A stretch of 60,947 nt of DNA, counting the filler. It is 5 parts of 5 records of this genome, joined end to end, with 100 filler letters (N's around TTAATTAATTAA, not from the genome) between each part and the next. Parts side by side here need not be neighbours in the genome. Positions count along the whole stretch, not along the records: positions 31,416 to 41,470 come from SRR2962707_634; positions 41,571 to 48,015 come from SRR2962707_637; positions 48,116 to 60,947 come from SRR2962707_638; 2 more parts are not named here. One strand, 5' to 3'. How positions within the stretch are numbered: position 1 is the stretch's first letter; each line of letters opens with the position of its first letter. Made by a program: the position numbers and the translations under genes. This document shows, in pieces, positions 39,410 through 49,318 of the stretch. The notes under the pieces are model-generated. The model saw only the letters and a list, made by a program, of their open reading frames with translations. It was not told where the DNA came from and searched no databases.

Positions 39410-40425
39410 GCGAACGTCTCAAACCGTTGATTGATGCTGCCGCGAATGGCCCCCTGACCCGTGATCAGGCCGAGGAAGCCTTTGGCATTTTGTTCGACGG
39501 CGAAGCAACCCCAAGCCAGATCGGCGGCTTTCTGATGGCCCTGCGCACGCGCGGTGAAACGGTTGACGAATACGCAGCCGCAGCCCATGTGATGCGCGCA
39601 AAATGCAACCCGGTCGTGGCACCTGCGGGCGCGATAGACATCGTCGGCACCGGCGGTGACGGCAAAGGGACCTTGAACATTTCCACCGCGACCGCCTTTG
39701 TGGTGGCAGGGGCTGGCGTTGTTGTGGCCAAACATGGCAACCGCAACCTGTCGTCCAAATCCGGTGCCGCGGATGCCTTAACGCAAATGGGCCTAAAAGT
39801 AATGGTAGGCCCGAAAGTGGTTGAGGCTTGCCTGAACGAGGCCGGTATCGGCTTTATGATGGCCCCCATGCACCATCCGGCCATCGCGCATGTGATGCCA
39901 ACCCGGTCAGAACTGGGCACCCGCACGATATTCAACATCCTTGGCCCGCTGACAAACCCAGCCAGCGTGAAACGCCAATTGACCGGCGCATATCGCCGCG
40001 ATCTGATCCGGCCCATGGCCGAAACCCTTGGTGCTTTGGGGTCCGAGAAAGCATGGCTGGTCCACGGGTCGGACGGCACCGACGAACTAACGATCACGGG
40101 CGTAAGCTGGGTCGCTGCCCTGAACCCCGATGGCACGATCACCGAATTCGAGATCACACCAGAAGACGCAGGCCTGCCCGTGCATCCGTTCGAAGACATC
40201 GTTGGCGGCACACCCGAAGAAAACGCGATTGCGTTCAATGCCTTGCTTGACGGCGCACCCTCTGCCTACCGCGATGCCGTGTTGCTGAACGCTGCCGCTG
40301 CTTTGGTTGTTGCAGACGCGGCCCCCGATCTGAAGGCGGGCGTTGAAATGGCCCGCACCAGCATCGACAGTGGGGCTGCCCGCGACAAGATCACCCAAGT
40401 GGCCCGCATTTCGAACGCCGGTTGA
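39406..40425 (+). CDS. trpD: Anthranilate phosphoribosyltransferase
   Basis: [27 protein letters not shown] and DGTDE. Confidence 0.97.
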   Translation: MSERLKPLIDAAANGPLTRDQAEEAFGILFDGEATPSQIGGFLMALRTRGETVDEYAAAAHVMRAKCNPVVAPAGAIDIVGTGGDGKGTLNISTATAFVVAGAGVVVAKHGNRNLSSKSGAADALTQMGLKVMVGPKVVEACLNEAGIGFMMAPMHHPAIAHVMPTRSELGTRTIFNILGPLTNPASVKRQLTGAYRRDLIRPMAETLGALGSEKAWLVHGSDGTDELTITGVSWVAALNPDGTITEFEITPEDAGLPVHPFEDIVGGTPEENAIAFNALLDGAPSAYRDAVLLNAAAALVVADAAPDLKAGVEMARTSIDSGAARDKITQVARISNAG

Positions 40426-41087
40426 TGTTCGACCTGTCCGCCCTTGGCGCATGGCGCGACCTGCCGTTTTTCGACGATACCCTGCCCGCGATCGAAACCG
40501 CATTGGCGCAAGACGAACGGGTGATCCTGCCCCCCCGCCATCAAGTCTTTGCGGCCTTGAAACAGACCCAGCCCGATGATGTGCGTGTGGTTATCTTGGG
40601 CCAAGATCCCTATCCCACGCCGGGTCACGCACACGGGCTGGCGTTTTCGGCCGAGGCTGACACCCGCCCGTTCCCCCGGTCTTTGTCGAATATTTTCAAA
40701 GAGATGAACGATGACATTGGCGCGGCACCAGTCGACGCAGACCTGCGGTTTTGGGCGCAACAGGGTGTGCTATTGCTCAACACCACGTTGACCGTGCCCG
40801 CTGGCGCTGCGGGCGCACATGCGAAACTGGGGTGGCACATCCTGACCGCGCAAATCCTGCACCGCCTGTCTGATCGCCCCCGCGTGTATTTGCTGTGGGG
40901 CGCACATGCGCAGAAAGTCGGCACAGACGTCGACCCGCAGGCAAACCTCAAAATCGAAACCGCACACCCGTCACCCCTGTCCGCGCGGCGCGGCTTTTTC
41001 GGCTCGCACCCCTTTTCGCGCAGCAATGACTGGTTGCAGGCCCAAGGGCAAACCGCCATAAACTGGGCAACCCCGGAGACATCATGA
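40425..41087 (+). CDS. ung: Uracil-DNA glycosylase (family 1)
   Basis: ILGQDPY, AHGLAFS, QGVLLLN and HPSPLS motifs. Confidence 0.93.
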   Translation: MFDLSALGAWRDLPFFDDTLPAIETALAQDERVILPPRHQVFAALKQTQPDDVRVVILGQDPYPTPGHAHGLAFSAEADTRPFPRSLSNIFKEMNDDIGAAPVDADLRFWAQQGVLLLNTTLTVPAGAAGAHAKLGWHILTAQILHRLSDRPRVYLLWGAHAQKVGTDVDPQANLKIETAHPSPLSARRGFFGSHPFSRSNDWLQAQGQTAINWATPETS

Positions 41088-41470
41088 CAGATACCATCCT
41101 AGACAAGATCAAAGCCTATAAACTGGAAGAGATCGCCACCGACAAAGCCGCAAAACCGCTAGAGGCCGTCGAGGCAGACGCCCGCGCCGCATCCCCGGTA
41201 CGCCCCTTTGCCGACGCGCTGTTTGACGCCGCCCGCGAAGGATACGGCCTGATCGCCGAGATCAAGAAAGCCAGCCCCTCCAAAGGGTTGATCCGCCCCG
41301 ATTTTGACCCAGCCGCACTGGCAGCCGCCTATGCTGCGGGCGGGGCGACATGTCTGTCTGTGTTGACGGACACTCCCAGCTTTCAAGGGGCCAAGGAATA
41401 TCTGGTCGCCGCCCGCGAGGCCTGCAGCCTGCCCGTCCTGCGCAAGGACTTCATGTACGACACCTATCAG
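41084..41470 (+). CDS. trpC: Indole-3-glycerol phosphate synthase, N-terminal part
   Basis: [17 protein letters not shown] and LRKDF; truncated at linker. Confidence 0.95.
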
Positions 41471-41570
41471 NNNNNNNNNNNNNNNNNNNNNNNNNNNNNN
41501 NNNNNNNNNNNNNNTTAATTAATTAANNNNNNNNNNNNNNNNNNNNNNNNNNNNNNNNNNNNNNNNNNNN
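41471..41570. other. Artificial contig linker
   Basis: N-run + TTAATTAATTAA + N-run. Confidence 0.98.
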
Positions 41571-41609
41571 TAGGTTAAAGTCGAAATAGCCGGTGATGCT
41601 CAGTTGTAA

Positions 41610-41636
41610 AAAAGCGTCATGTTAATCACAGGTGTC
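41610..41636 (+). repeat. Left copy of an imperfect 27-nt direct repeat (partner at 47986-48012)
   Basis: AAAAGCGTCATGTTAATCACAGGTGTC vs AAAAGAGTCACGCTAACCACAGGTGTC, 23/27 identical by manual alignment. Confidence 0.65.
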
Positions 41637-41813
41637 TCACTCTGCTGATGCCCAAGTTCCGAGGCAATTGACCACTCTTTTTTTAGACATTCCAAAATTC
41701 AAGAAACAACCTAAAGATCGTAATACCTCCCCTTCTGCGCATTAAACTCTGCTCATCCCTTTCAATAAATTATTTCAGATGACACTTTAATCATTGTTTT
41801 TAAACAACAAATT

Positions 41814-41869
41814 AAATGTAAATAAAAACCATTTGCATTTAGATATAAATATAAATGATAATCACTCCC
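41814..41869. promoter_or_regulatory. Fur boxes upstream of the heme uptake operon
   Basis: AAATGTAAAT-N7-ATTTGCATTT inverted repeat (41814-41840) and ATAAATGATAATCACTCCC (41851-41869, 13/19 to the Fur consensus). Confidence 0.75.
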
Positions 41870-41910
41870 AATTGGTTTTGTAAGTATTTACTCTATTTGG
41901 TGAAAAAATC

Positions 41911-44055
41911 ATGAAGAAAACTGCCATATCTACTCCTTTATCTCTAGTCGCTTTCTCTATTATGGTCGCTAATCCGGCCTTTTCAGCAGAAGCAGAGACA
42001 ACCGAACATCAGCTAGACACAGTGACAATTGAAGCAGCGAGTCGAACAAAAAGCTCTGCCGCAGTCGGTAGCTCTGTATCGACCATAGAGAGCGATGACA
42101 TCGACAAATCTTTGATTCGTAATCTCGACGATTTAGTCCGTTATGAACCTGGCGTTGAAGCAAGCCAAGACTCTCGATTTGGTATTAGCGGCATTAATAT
42201 ACGCGGCTTAGACGGCGATAGGGTCAAGATCAGCGTCGATGGCGTTACCCAAGCGGACTCTTATGGCCCTACATCTACTTACTTAAGAACTGGACGCAAC
42301 ACAGTTGATCTAGACTCCCTTGAATCAGTAGAAATCATTAAAGGGGGCGATGTCATTGAGGGAAGCGGCGCATTAGGTGGGGTTGTTAAATATCAGACCA
42401 AAGAACCGAAAAGCTTTTTAGCACCCGAAGGAGACGACACAAGCGCGTCGATTAAGGCGGGCTACAAAAGTGCGTCTGACGAATTTAATCAAACGGTCAC
42501 AGTCGCAAATCGTACTGGCGAGACAGAAAGCTTATTGCTCTACACGCACCGCAATGGACACGAAACGGAAAACTACCAAGGCGATGCTGGATCAGACCAA
42601 ACCGTAGGTGACACACGCTCCTCAGTCGACCCTGAAAATACAGGCTCAGATAATGTTCTCTTTAAAGTCCAACACCAAATTAACGATCAAAACCGTGTTG
42701 GGATTGTTGGCGAGTATTACAAAGGCACATCCGACTCCATCTTATATTCGGACAGTACGACTGCGGATGAACAAAGTTCTGACGACCAAAGCGTACGACG
42801 CCGAATTGGTTTTTTCCATGAAAACACCAACGCTAATACCCTGTATGACCGCTTAAAATGGCAACTTGATTATCAAGATACCAAAACAACAAACATCACC
42901 AATCGTTCAGCAACAGATCGAGTGGTGGAGCGTTTTTATGATGAAGAAGCCTTTAGTTTAAAAGCGGACTTAGTCAAACAAATCAACGACCACCAGCTTC
43001 GCTATGGTATTAACTACGATCGTAAATCATTAGAGAATTTGAATAAAAACACAGTCTCTGGCTCAACCGAGTACTCGCGTTTTTCTCCGGTCGCTGACGC
43101 TGATATTTTTGGTCTGTACTTAGAAGACACTTGGGCTCTCACAGACAGACTCACCCTAGTGCCAGCCATTCGTTATGACAACTATCGATATACAACACAA
43201 GGCGATGAATACATTGACTCATGGGGCGACAATTCAAATGAAGCGCTTACCGCCCAATTAGGGGCCGAATATGAGTTAACCGAGCACTATACGCTTTTTG
43301 GTAAAACAGGCTCAGGTTTTAGAGCGCCCAATCTAGATGAACTCTATTACTACTATAACAACAGTGGTGCTTGGGGCGCTTACCAAATCACACCAAACCC
43401 AGACTTAGAACCAGAAGAAAGTCTTTTCGTTGAAGCCGGTATACGCGCCCATAACCATTTAGGCAGTATTGAACTAACGGCCTTTTACAATGATTACAAA
43501 AACTTCATTGAACAAGTCTCTTTAGGCACCAGCACAGAGTTTACGATTGGCGAATTCACCAATGAAAACCTGGATCACGTCGTCATAAAAGGGCTTGAAA
43601 TGAAAGGTAATCTCGACCTTTCTAAAGCCTTCCCGGAAATCGGTCTTGGCTGGGGGCTCAATGGTGCCATTGCCTACGCGGATGGCGATAACCTTGGGGA
43701 TGATGAACCACTAGACAGCATTTCACCTCTGACCGCTGTCGTTGGCTTAAGCTATGACGCCCCTTCTACTGCATGGGGTAGCCAAATGAGCTTAACCTGG
43801 GTGTCGGCAAAAAAGGAAGACGACATCACAGAAACAAACCAATGGCTCGCGACATCAAGCTACCAACTGGTTGATCTAACGGCCTACTACAAACCCACCA
43901 GCTACCTAACGTTTAATGCCGGTATCTTCAACTTAACAGACGAAGAATACACCACTTGGAATGACGTTCGAGACATCACGAGCACCAGCACGAACCTTGC
44001 CCGTTACACCCGAGCAGGACGTAACTTTAGTGTCGATGCGACGCTGAGTTTCTAG
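41911..44055 (+). CDS. TonB-dependent heme/hemoglobin receptor
   Basis: Signal peptide, DTVTI TonB box, plug NIRG, FRAP and NPDL motifs, C-terminal Phe; heads a hmuSTUV operon. Confidence 0.9.
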   Translation: MKKTAISTPLSLVAFSIMVANPAFSAEAETTEHQLDTVTIEAASRTKSSAAVGSSVSTIESDDIDKSLIRNLDDLVRYEPGVEASQDSRFGISGINIRGLDGDRVKISVDGVTQADSYGPTSTYLRTGRNTVDLDSLESVEIIKGGDVIEGSGALGGVVKYQTKEPKSFLAPEGDDTSASIKAGYKSASDEFNQTVTVANRTGETESLLLYTHRNGHETENYQGDAGSDQTVGDTRSSVDPENTGSDNVLFKVQHQINDQNRVGIVGEYYKGTSDSILYSDSTTADEQSSDDQSVRRRIGFFHENTNANTLYDRLKWQLDYQDTKTTNITNRSATDRVVERFYDEEAFSLKADLVKQINDHQLRYGINYDRKSLENLNKNTVSGSTEYSRFSPVADADIFGLYLEDTWALTDRLTLVPAIRYDNYRYTTQGDEYIDSWGDNSNEALTAQLGAEYELTEHYTLFGKTGSGFRAPNLDELYYYYNNSGAWGAYQITPNPDLEPEESLFVEAGIRAHNHLGSIELTAFYNDYKNFIEQVSLGTSTEFTIGEFTNENLDHVVIKGLEMKGNLDLSKAFPEIGLGWGLNGAIAYADGDNLGDDEPLDSISPLTAVVGLSYDAPSTAWGSQMSLTWVSAKKEDDITETNQWLATSSYQLVDLTAYYKPTSYLTFNAGIFNLTDEEYTTWNDVRDITSTSTNLARYTRAGRNFSVDATLSF

Positions 44056-44108
44056 TCTTTCGACACACAAACAAACGCGATGTTTTACTTTACGAGCAGA
44101 GAACAACA

Positions 44109-45215
44109 ATGACCGAACTTAATAAAATAACCTACACAAAAGAACACCCAGCTTATGGGCTCTATCAAACAGCGCTGCAATCAGGTGAAGTACCTCGAGC
44201 CCGTGAACTAGCAAAAACACTCAAGATTACAGAAGGAGACCTAGTCGCTTGTCGCCAAGGCGTCGACTCTTGGGCAATCCTCCCTCCTTTTCAAACCCTC
44301 TTAGCTGAGCTACACAGTGTTGGCGAAGTAATGACAATTACACGCAATGACGCTGCGGTTCATGAAACAACAGGCACCTATCACAAGTTCAGTTTCATGG
44401 AGCGCAGTGGCATGGGGCTCGTTCTCTCGGACGATATTGATTTACGGCTATTCATTCATCAATGGCAAAACGCTTTTCATGTGATCGAAAACGGACGCCA
44501 GAGCATTCAGTTCTTTAATGCTTATGGCGTCGCTGTTCATAAAGTCTACCAAACCAACCACACAGACACGCAAAACTGGGACGATCTGATTGCCAGATTT
44601 CGAGACCCTACCCCAACTATTCCCCACTTCTTAAAGGAGCAAGAAAAAGAGCCGGTACAGATTCCCGAATCATTTGATCAAGCACAATTTGCCCAAGAAT
44701 GGTCCAATCTAAAAGACGTACATGCCTACCATGGCATGCTCAAAAAACATGGTTTATCACGGACTCAGGCCCTGTCACAAATTGGTGAACAATGGGCGCT
44801 TCCGCTAGACACCGACTGTGTTATGCAAGCCCTCACATTTGCTCAGCAAGAAGACTGCAACATCATGGTGTTTGTCGGCAATGGTGACTGTATTCAAATA
44901 TTCAGCGGTGCGGTTAAACGCCTTATGGCCACTGAAGGTTGGTTTAACGTATTGGATCCTAGCTTTAACCTGCACTTACGTGTGGACAGTATTACTCAAG
45001 CTTGGGCGATCAAACGGCCTAGCAGTGATGGCATCATTACCTCTATTGAAGCCTTTAATGAAGCGGGGGAATCCATTATCACCCTATTTGGCAAACGCAA
45101 ACCTGGTAACCCTGAACTTCCATTGTGGCAAGAGATAGTGCAAAAAGTCACAGACAAGCCGCGCCCTAACATCCGACCTAAACACGCTGAAAAGGCATTA
45201 GAGGAGGGCTGCTAA
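44109..45215 (+). CDS. hmuS: Heme trafficking/degradation protein HmuS/HemS
   Basis: TRNDAAVHE, DLRLF, SIQFF..G.AVHK, MVFVGN..CIQI, FNLHLR and FGKRKPG motifs. Confidence 0.92.
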   Translation: MTELNKITYTKEHPAYGLYQTALQSGEVPRARELAKTLKITEGDLVACRQGVDSWAILPPFQTLLAELHSVGEVMTITRNDAAVHETTGTYHKFSFMERSGMGLVLSDDIDLRLFIHQWQNAFHVIENGRQSIQFFNAYGVAVHKVYQTNHTDTQNWDDLIARFRDPTPTIPHFLKEQEKEPVQIPESFDQAQFAQEWSNLKDVHAYHGMLKKHGLSRTQALSQIGEQWALPLDTDCVMQALTFAQQEDCNIMVFVGNGDCIQIFSGAVKRLMATEGWFNVLDPSFNLHLRVDSITQAWAIKRPSSDGIITSIEAFNEAGESIITLFGKRKPGNPELPLWQEIVQKVTDKPRPNIRPKHAEKALEEGC

Positions 45216-46057
45216 TGTCACCAAAGTCATTTTTCCTAAGCGGCTTACTGCTTTGTGGCTTACTCAGCAGTCACGCAAGTATCGCCCAGCGCATTGTTAG
45301 CATAGGGGGCACTGTGACTGAAATTGTCTATTTATTAGGGGCAGAAGAGCAATTAGTCGCCACTGATACCAGTAGCATTTACCCCGCCGAAGCGACACAA
45401 ACGCCAAAAGTAGGCTACCAGCGTACTTTATCCGCCGAAGGGGTTCTCAGTGTTCGACCAGAAACCCTGCTCATCACGCCCGCGGCGGGTCCTAAAAAAG
45501 TCTTACAACAATTAAAAGAGACCGGCATTGAACTCGTTACCATCAATACCTATGCCTCAAAACAGGGAATACTGGACAGCGTCTCCCAAGTCGCGAGCGC
45601 GCTAAACAAAGAGCACGAAGGGCAAGTTGCGAACCAGGCCATTGAGCAAGCCTTCAATCAGCTCTCACCTCCTGAAATTTGGTCAACAAAAGCCCCTCGC
45701 TTGTTATTTATCTTGCAGATGGGCGGTGCGCCTATGGTGGCAGGGCAAGAGACAGGGCCGAATGCCCTGTTTGACATGGCTGGCGCGGTCAACGCTGCGG
45801 CCTCAATCAAGGGTTACAAAGCGCTAACACCAGAAGCCCTGTTACTGGCTCAGCCTGATGCCATTGTCGTTACCCAGCAGGGGCTGGCTAGAGCCGGTGA
45901 ATCTAGCATTTGGGAATTGCCTGGCATGGCAAGCACTCCTGCGGGAAAAGCACATAGAATCATCACCATGGATGCCTTATTAGCATTAGGGCTGGGGCCG
46001 AGAACCCCCTTGGCGATTCAATACCTCTATACGCAATTAGAAGATTGGGCACCATGA
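45215..46057 (+). CDS. hmuT: Heme ABC transporter substrate-binding protein
   Basis: RIVSIGG.VTEIVY, VGYQRTLSAEG (heme Tyr), GYK....E and LGPRT. Confidence 0.9.
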   Translation: MSPKSFFLSGLLLCGLLSSHASIAQRIVSIGGTVTEIVYLLGAEEQLVATDTSSIYPAEATQTPKVGYQRTLSAEGVLSVRPETLLITPAAGPKKVLQQLKETGIELVTINTYASKQGILDSVSQVASALNKEHEGQVANQAIEQAFNQLSPPEIWSTKAPRLLFILQMGGAPMVAGQETGPNALFDMAGAVNAAASIKGYKALTPEALLLAQPDAIVVTQQGLARAGESSIWELPGMASTPAGKAHRIITMDALLALGLGPRTPLAIQYLYTQLEDWAP

Positions 46058-47067
46058 GACAGCCACTATCCAATAGCTTGCACTACCCTATTCTATTGCT
46101 CGCCTTATGTTGTGTCGCTTTTTTAGCCCTCACCCAAGGCGCTTACTCTATTTCTTGGGACAGTGTTTTTCTACTTCCTGACAACGAGATAGATAGACAA
46201 ATTTTGCTTAATATCCGCCTTCCGCGCTTACTAATGGCGGCCATGGTTGGTACGGCGCTGGCGGTGTCTGGGGCTTTAATGCAAGCTCTTTTCCGCAACC
46301 CATTGGCAGACCCAGGCTTACTCGGGGTTTCCTCTGGCGCATCCGTATGTGTCGGTATCTTAATCGTTCTAGACCCGATTTCTGCCCATGCTCCACTCTG
46401 GGTACACTCTTACACGCAAAGCATTGCCGCTTTTGTAGGTGCGATTGTTACCTGCTGGATTATTTTTCAATTGTCCAAACACAAGGGCAAAGTCTCTGTC
46501 ATGCATTTATTGCTCGCGGGCATTGCCATTAATGCGCTCTCCGGCTCGGCCACAGGATTGCTTACCTATATCAGTAGTGATGAGCAATTACGCGCATTAA
46601 CTTTTTGGGCAATGGGGAATTTAGGCGGCGCCAGATGGGAACAAGTATTGGTGGTAGCAAGCATCTTATTTCCGTTACTTTGCTATGTTTGGCGACAATC
46701 CAAAAACCTCAACTTACTACTACTGGGCGAAGAGGAAGCGCGCTATCTAGGCCTTAATGTCGATGGTTTTAAAGTAAAAATTATCGCAGTTGTCGCCTTA
46801 TGCGTTGGCGTCACTGTTGCTTTTACTGGGCTCATTGGCTTCATCGGGCTTATGGTGCCACATTTAGTGCGCATGATATTTGGGGCAGATAATCGCTTAG
46901 TGATTCCTTGTTCTGCCTTATTAGGCGCCAGCCTGCTAACAGGGGCAGATACCGTTGCCCGAATTTTAGTGATACCAGCCGAAATGCCCGTTGGCCTAGT
47001 GACCAGCTTAATCGGCGGGCCCTTCTTCTTATGGCTACTATTAAAAAATATCCGAGAAACACAATAA
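46054..47067 (+). CDS. hmuU: Heme ABC transporter permease (FecCD family)
   Basis: IRLPR, FRNPLADP, EEARYLG, IGFIGLMVPH and E.PVG...GGPFF. Confidence 0.92.
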   Translation: MRQPLSNSLHYPILLLALCCVAFLALTQGAYSISWDSVFLLPDNEIDRQILLNIRLPRLLMAAMVGTALAVSGALMQALFRNPLADPGLLGVSSGASVCVGILIVLDPISAHAPLWVHSYTQSIAAFVGAIVTCWIIFQLSKHKGKVSVMHLLLAGIAINALSGSATGLLTYISSDEQLRALTFWAMGNLGGARWEQVLVVASILFPLLCYVWRQSKNLNLLLLGEEEARYLGLNVDGFKVKIIAVVALCVGVTVAFTGLIGFIGLMVPHLVRMIFGADNRLVIPCSALLGASLLTGADTVARILVIPAEMPVGLVTSLIGGPFFLWLLLKNIRETQ

Positions 47068-47852
47068 TGCTTTGTATTGATAACCTAACGCTCATTCGCG
47101 CAAAAAAGAAGCTGCTTAATAATGTCTCTTTAACTCTCACTCCTGGGGAATTGACCGTTATTTTGGGGCCAAATGGGGCTGGCAAATCAACCTTATTAAA
47201 ATGTTGCTCAGGGGCTTTAGAGCCAGATTCTGGCAACATTGCTTTAGAGCAGACCCCATTGGCTGAATGGGCCCTTACGTCATTAGCGAAAAAGCGTGCA
47301 GTGTTAACCCAACAAATCCACATGCCATTTAGTCTCACCGCCAAAGAAGTCGTGTCTCTAGGGCTCGCCCCTTGGTCCATTACCGACAAAAAAGCCAATC
47401 AATTGATAAAGTTAACGCTAGACGATGTGGGCATGGCGGGTACGGAACAGCGTTATTACGCCAGCTTATCCGGCGGTGAACAACAGCGAATTCAACTTGC
47501 ACGGGTACTCGTTCAGCTGTTTGCTGACCCAACCTCATCTGCCTCAAACCCAAAGTACTTGCTGCTCGATGAGCCTATCTCAGCGCTAGATTTACACCAA
47601 CAACAGAAAGTCTTAAGGTTAATAAAAGCACTCGCACAACAGGGCTTAGCGGTGTTTTGTATTTTGCATGATATTAACCTTGCCACCCTCTATGCAGACA
47701 AAATCATTCTGCTTGAACAGGGCAATGTGGTCTTTAGTGGTCAACCAAGCAAGCTTAAAAACAATGACCAAATAGAAACAACCTACCAAGCCGACTTGAT
47801 CCGACTCACCCACAATGAAAGCCAACTACCTCAGTGGCAATTTAGACAATAA
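47067..47852 (+). CDS. hmuV: Heme ABC transporter ATPase
   Basis: [29 protein letters not shown] and LHDIN; start overlaps the hmuU stop (TAATG). Confidence 0.92.
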   Translation: MLCIDNLTLIRAKKKLLNNVSLTLTPGELTVILGPNGAGKSTLLKCCSGALEPDSGNIALEQTPLAEWALTSLAKKRAVLTQQIHMPFSLTAKEVVSLGLAPWSITDKKANQLIKLTLDDVGMAGTEQRYYASLSGGEQQRIQLARVLVQLFADPTSSASNPKYLLLDEPISALDLHQQQKVLRLIKALAQQGLAVFCILHDINLATLYADKIILLEQGNVVFSGQPSKLKNNDQIETTYQADLIRLTHNESQLPQWQFRQ

Positions 47853-47908
47853 GATATAGACCCCATCACAAAGCCCATACATTAAAGAGCTGAAATACAA
47901 AAAAGAGC

Positions 47909-48015
47909 CTAGGCCAGCATAGACGGAGGCACGACAGGAATCTGACAAAGTAAGCTGCCTTGCCCTCGTGGGCTGGAATACCTAGAAAAGAGTCACGCTA
48001 ACCACAGGTGTCAGG
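47909..48015 (+). mobile_element. Structured non-coding segment at contig end, candidate IS110-family left end
   Basis: Imperfect rod-like hairpin 47909-47985 plus the right copy of the 27-nt repeat. IS110 resemblance is from memory only, and no transposase is visible. Confidence 0.4.
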
Positions 48016-48115
48016 NNNNNNNNNNNNNNNNNNNNNNNNNNNNNNNNNNNNNNNNNNNNTTAATTAATTAANNNNNNNNNNNNNNNNNNNNNNNNNNNNN
48101 NNNNNNNNNNNNNNN
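48016..48115. other. Artificial contig linker
   Basis: N-run + TTAATTAATTAA + N-run. Confidence 0.98.
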
Positions 48116-48116
48116 T

Positions 48117-48614
<498 letters not shown>

Positions 48615-48637
48615 TTAAACAAGGCTAGGAGCGCCCT

Positions 48638-48841
48638 ATGACACGCAGCAGAATGGTTTTTATAGCCGAACTCATGCTTGCGGGCGCTCTGGTTGGTCTT
48701 CTCATCGGGCCGGATTCAGCTGAAAAGTTTACCGGCCTGACTTATAATAATTCTCTGGCTTTCAATCTGATTGCTGGTGGTCTAATCGGCGGTGTGTTGG
48801 GCTTTCTTGGCTCAATAGGGTCGCAGACGGAAACTGAGTAA
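48638..48841 (+). CDS. Small two-helix membrane protein of unknown function inside the atp operon
   Basis: AGGAG RBS, 67 aa, two hydrophobic Gly-rich segments; fills the atpD-atpC gap. Confidence 0.7.
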   Translation: MTRSRMVFIAELMLAGALVGLLIGPDSAEKFTGLTYNNSLAFNLIAGGLIGGVLGFLGSIGSQTETE

Positions 48842-48849
48842 ACAAAATC

Positions 48850-49257
48850 ATGGCTGATGCTTTTACATTTGAATTGGTTTCTCCAGAGCGTCTTTTGCTT
48901 TCTGAGCAAGTGACGGAAGTTGTTGTGCCTGGTGCCGACGGCTACATGACTGTTATGGCTAACCATGCGCCTGTTATGTCAACTTTGCAGCCCGGTATTG
49001 CGACAGTTAAAACTGTTGAAGGCAAAGAAGAAGCCTATGTAATTTTCGGTGGCTTCATCGACGTTATGCAGACTTCTTGCACAATCTTGGCCGAAGAAGC
49101 GATGCCGGTTTCTGAGTTGAACAAAGAAGCGCTGGATAAGCGCATCGAAGCTGCGCGTGTAGCACATGATGAAGCACCGCACGGTGAGGCGAAAGCCGTT
49201 GCCCATTCTTATTTGGGTCAATTGACAACATTGCAAGGCGCAATTTTGCCAGCGTAA
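48850..49257 (+). CDS. atpC: F1 ATP synthase epsilon subunit
   Basis: FELVSPER, PGADG, HAP and GGF motifs. Confidence 0.95.
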   Translation: MADAFTFELVSPERLLLSEQVTEVVVPGADGYMTVMANHAPVMSTLQPGIATVKTVEGKEEAYVIFGGFIDVMQTSCTILAEEAMPVSELNKEALDKRIEAARVAHDEAPHGEAKAVAHSYLGQLTTLQGAILPA

Positions 49258-49282
49258 TTACTGCTTCATTGAATTAAAAATC

Positions 49283-49307
49283 AGCCGCCCATTAAGGCGG
49301 CTTTTTT
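49283..49307. terminator. Terminator after atpC
   Basis: AGCCGCC-N6-GGCGGCT followed by TTTTT. Confidence 0.8.
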
Positions 49308-49318
49308 GTTTGTAAATT

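Noticed and set aside
47900-48015. Possible FMN or c-di-GMP-I riboswitch on the minus strand (AGCCCACGAG, GGGCAA, GCCTCCG words)
   Set aside because: The core elements (GGGCGGGGYGAAA/CCGAC for FMN, GACGCAAAG for c-di-GMP-I) are missing and there is no downstream minus-strand gene
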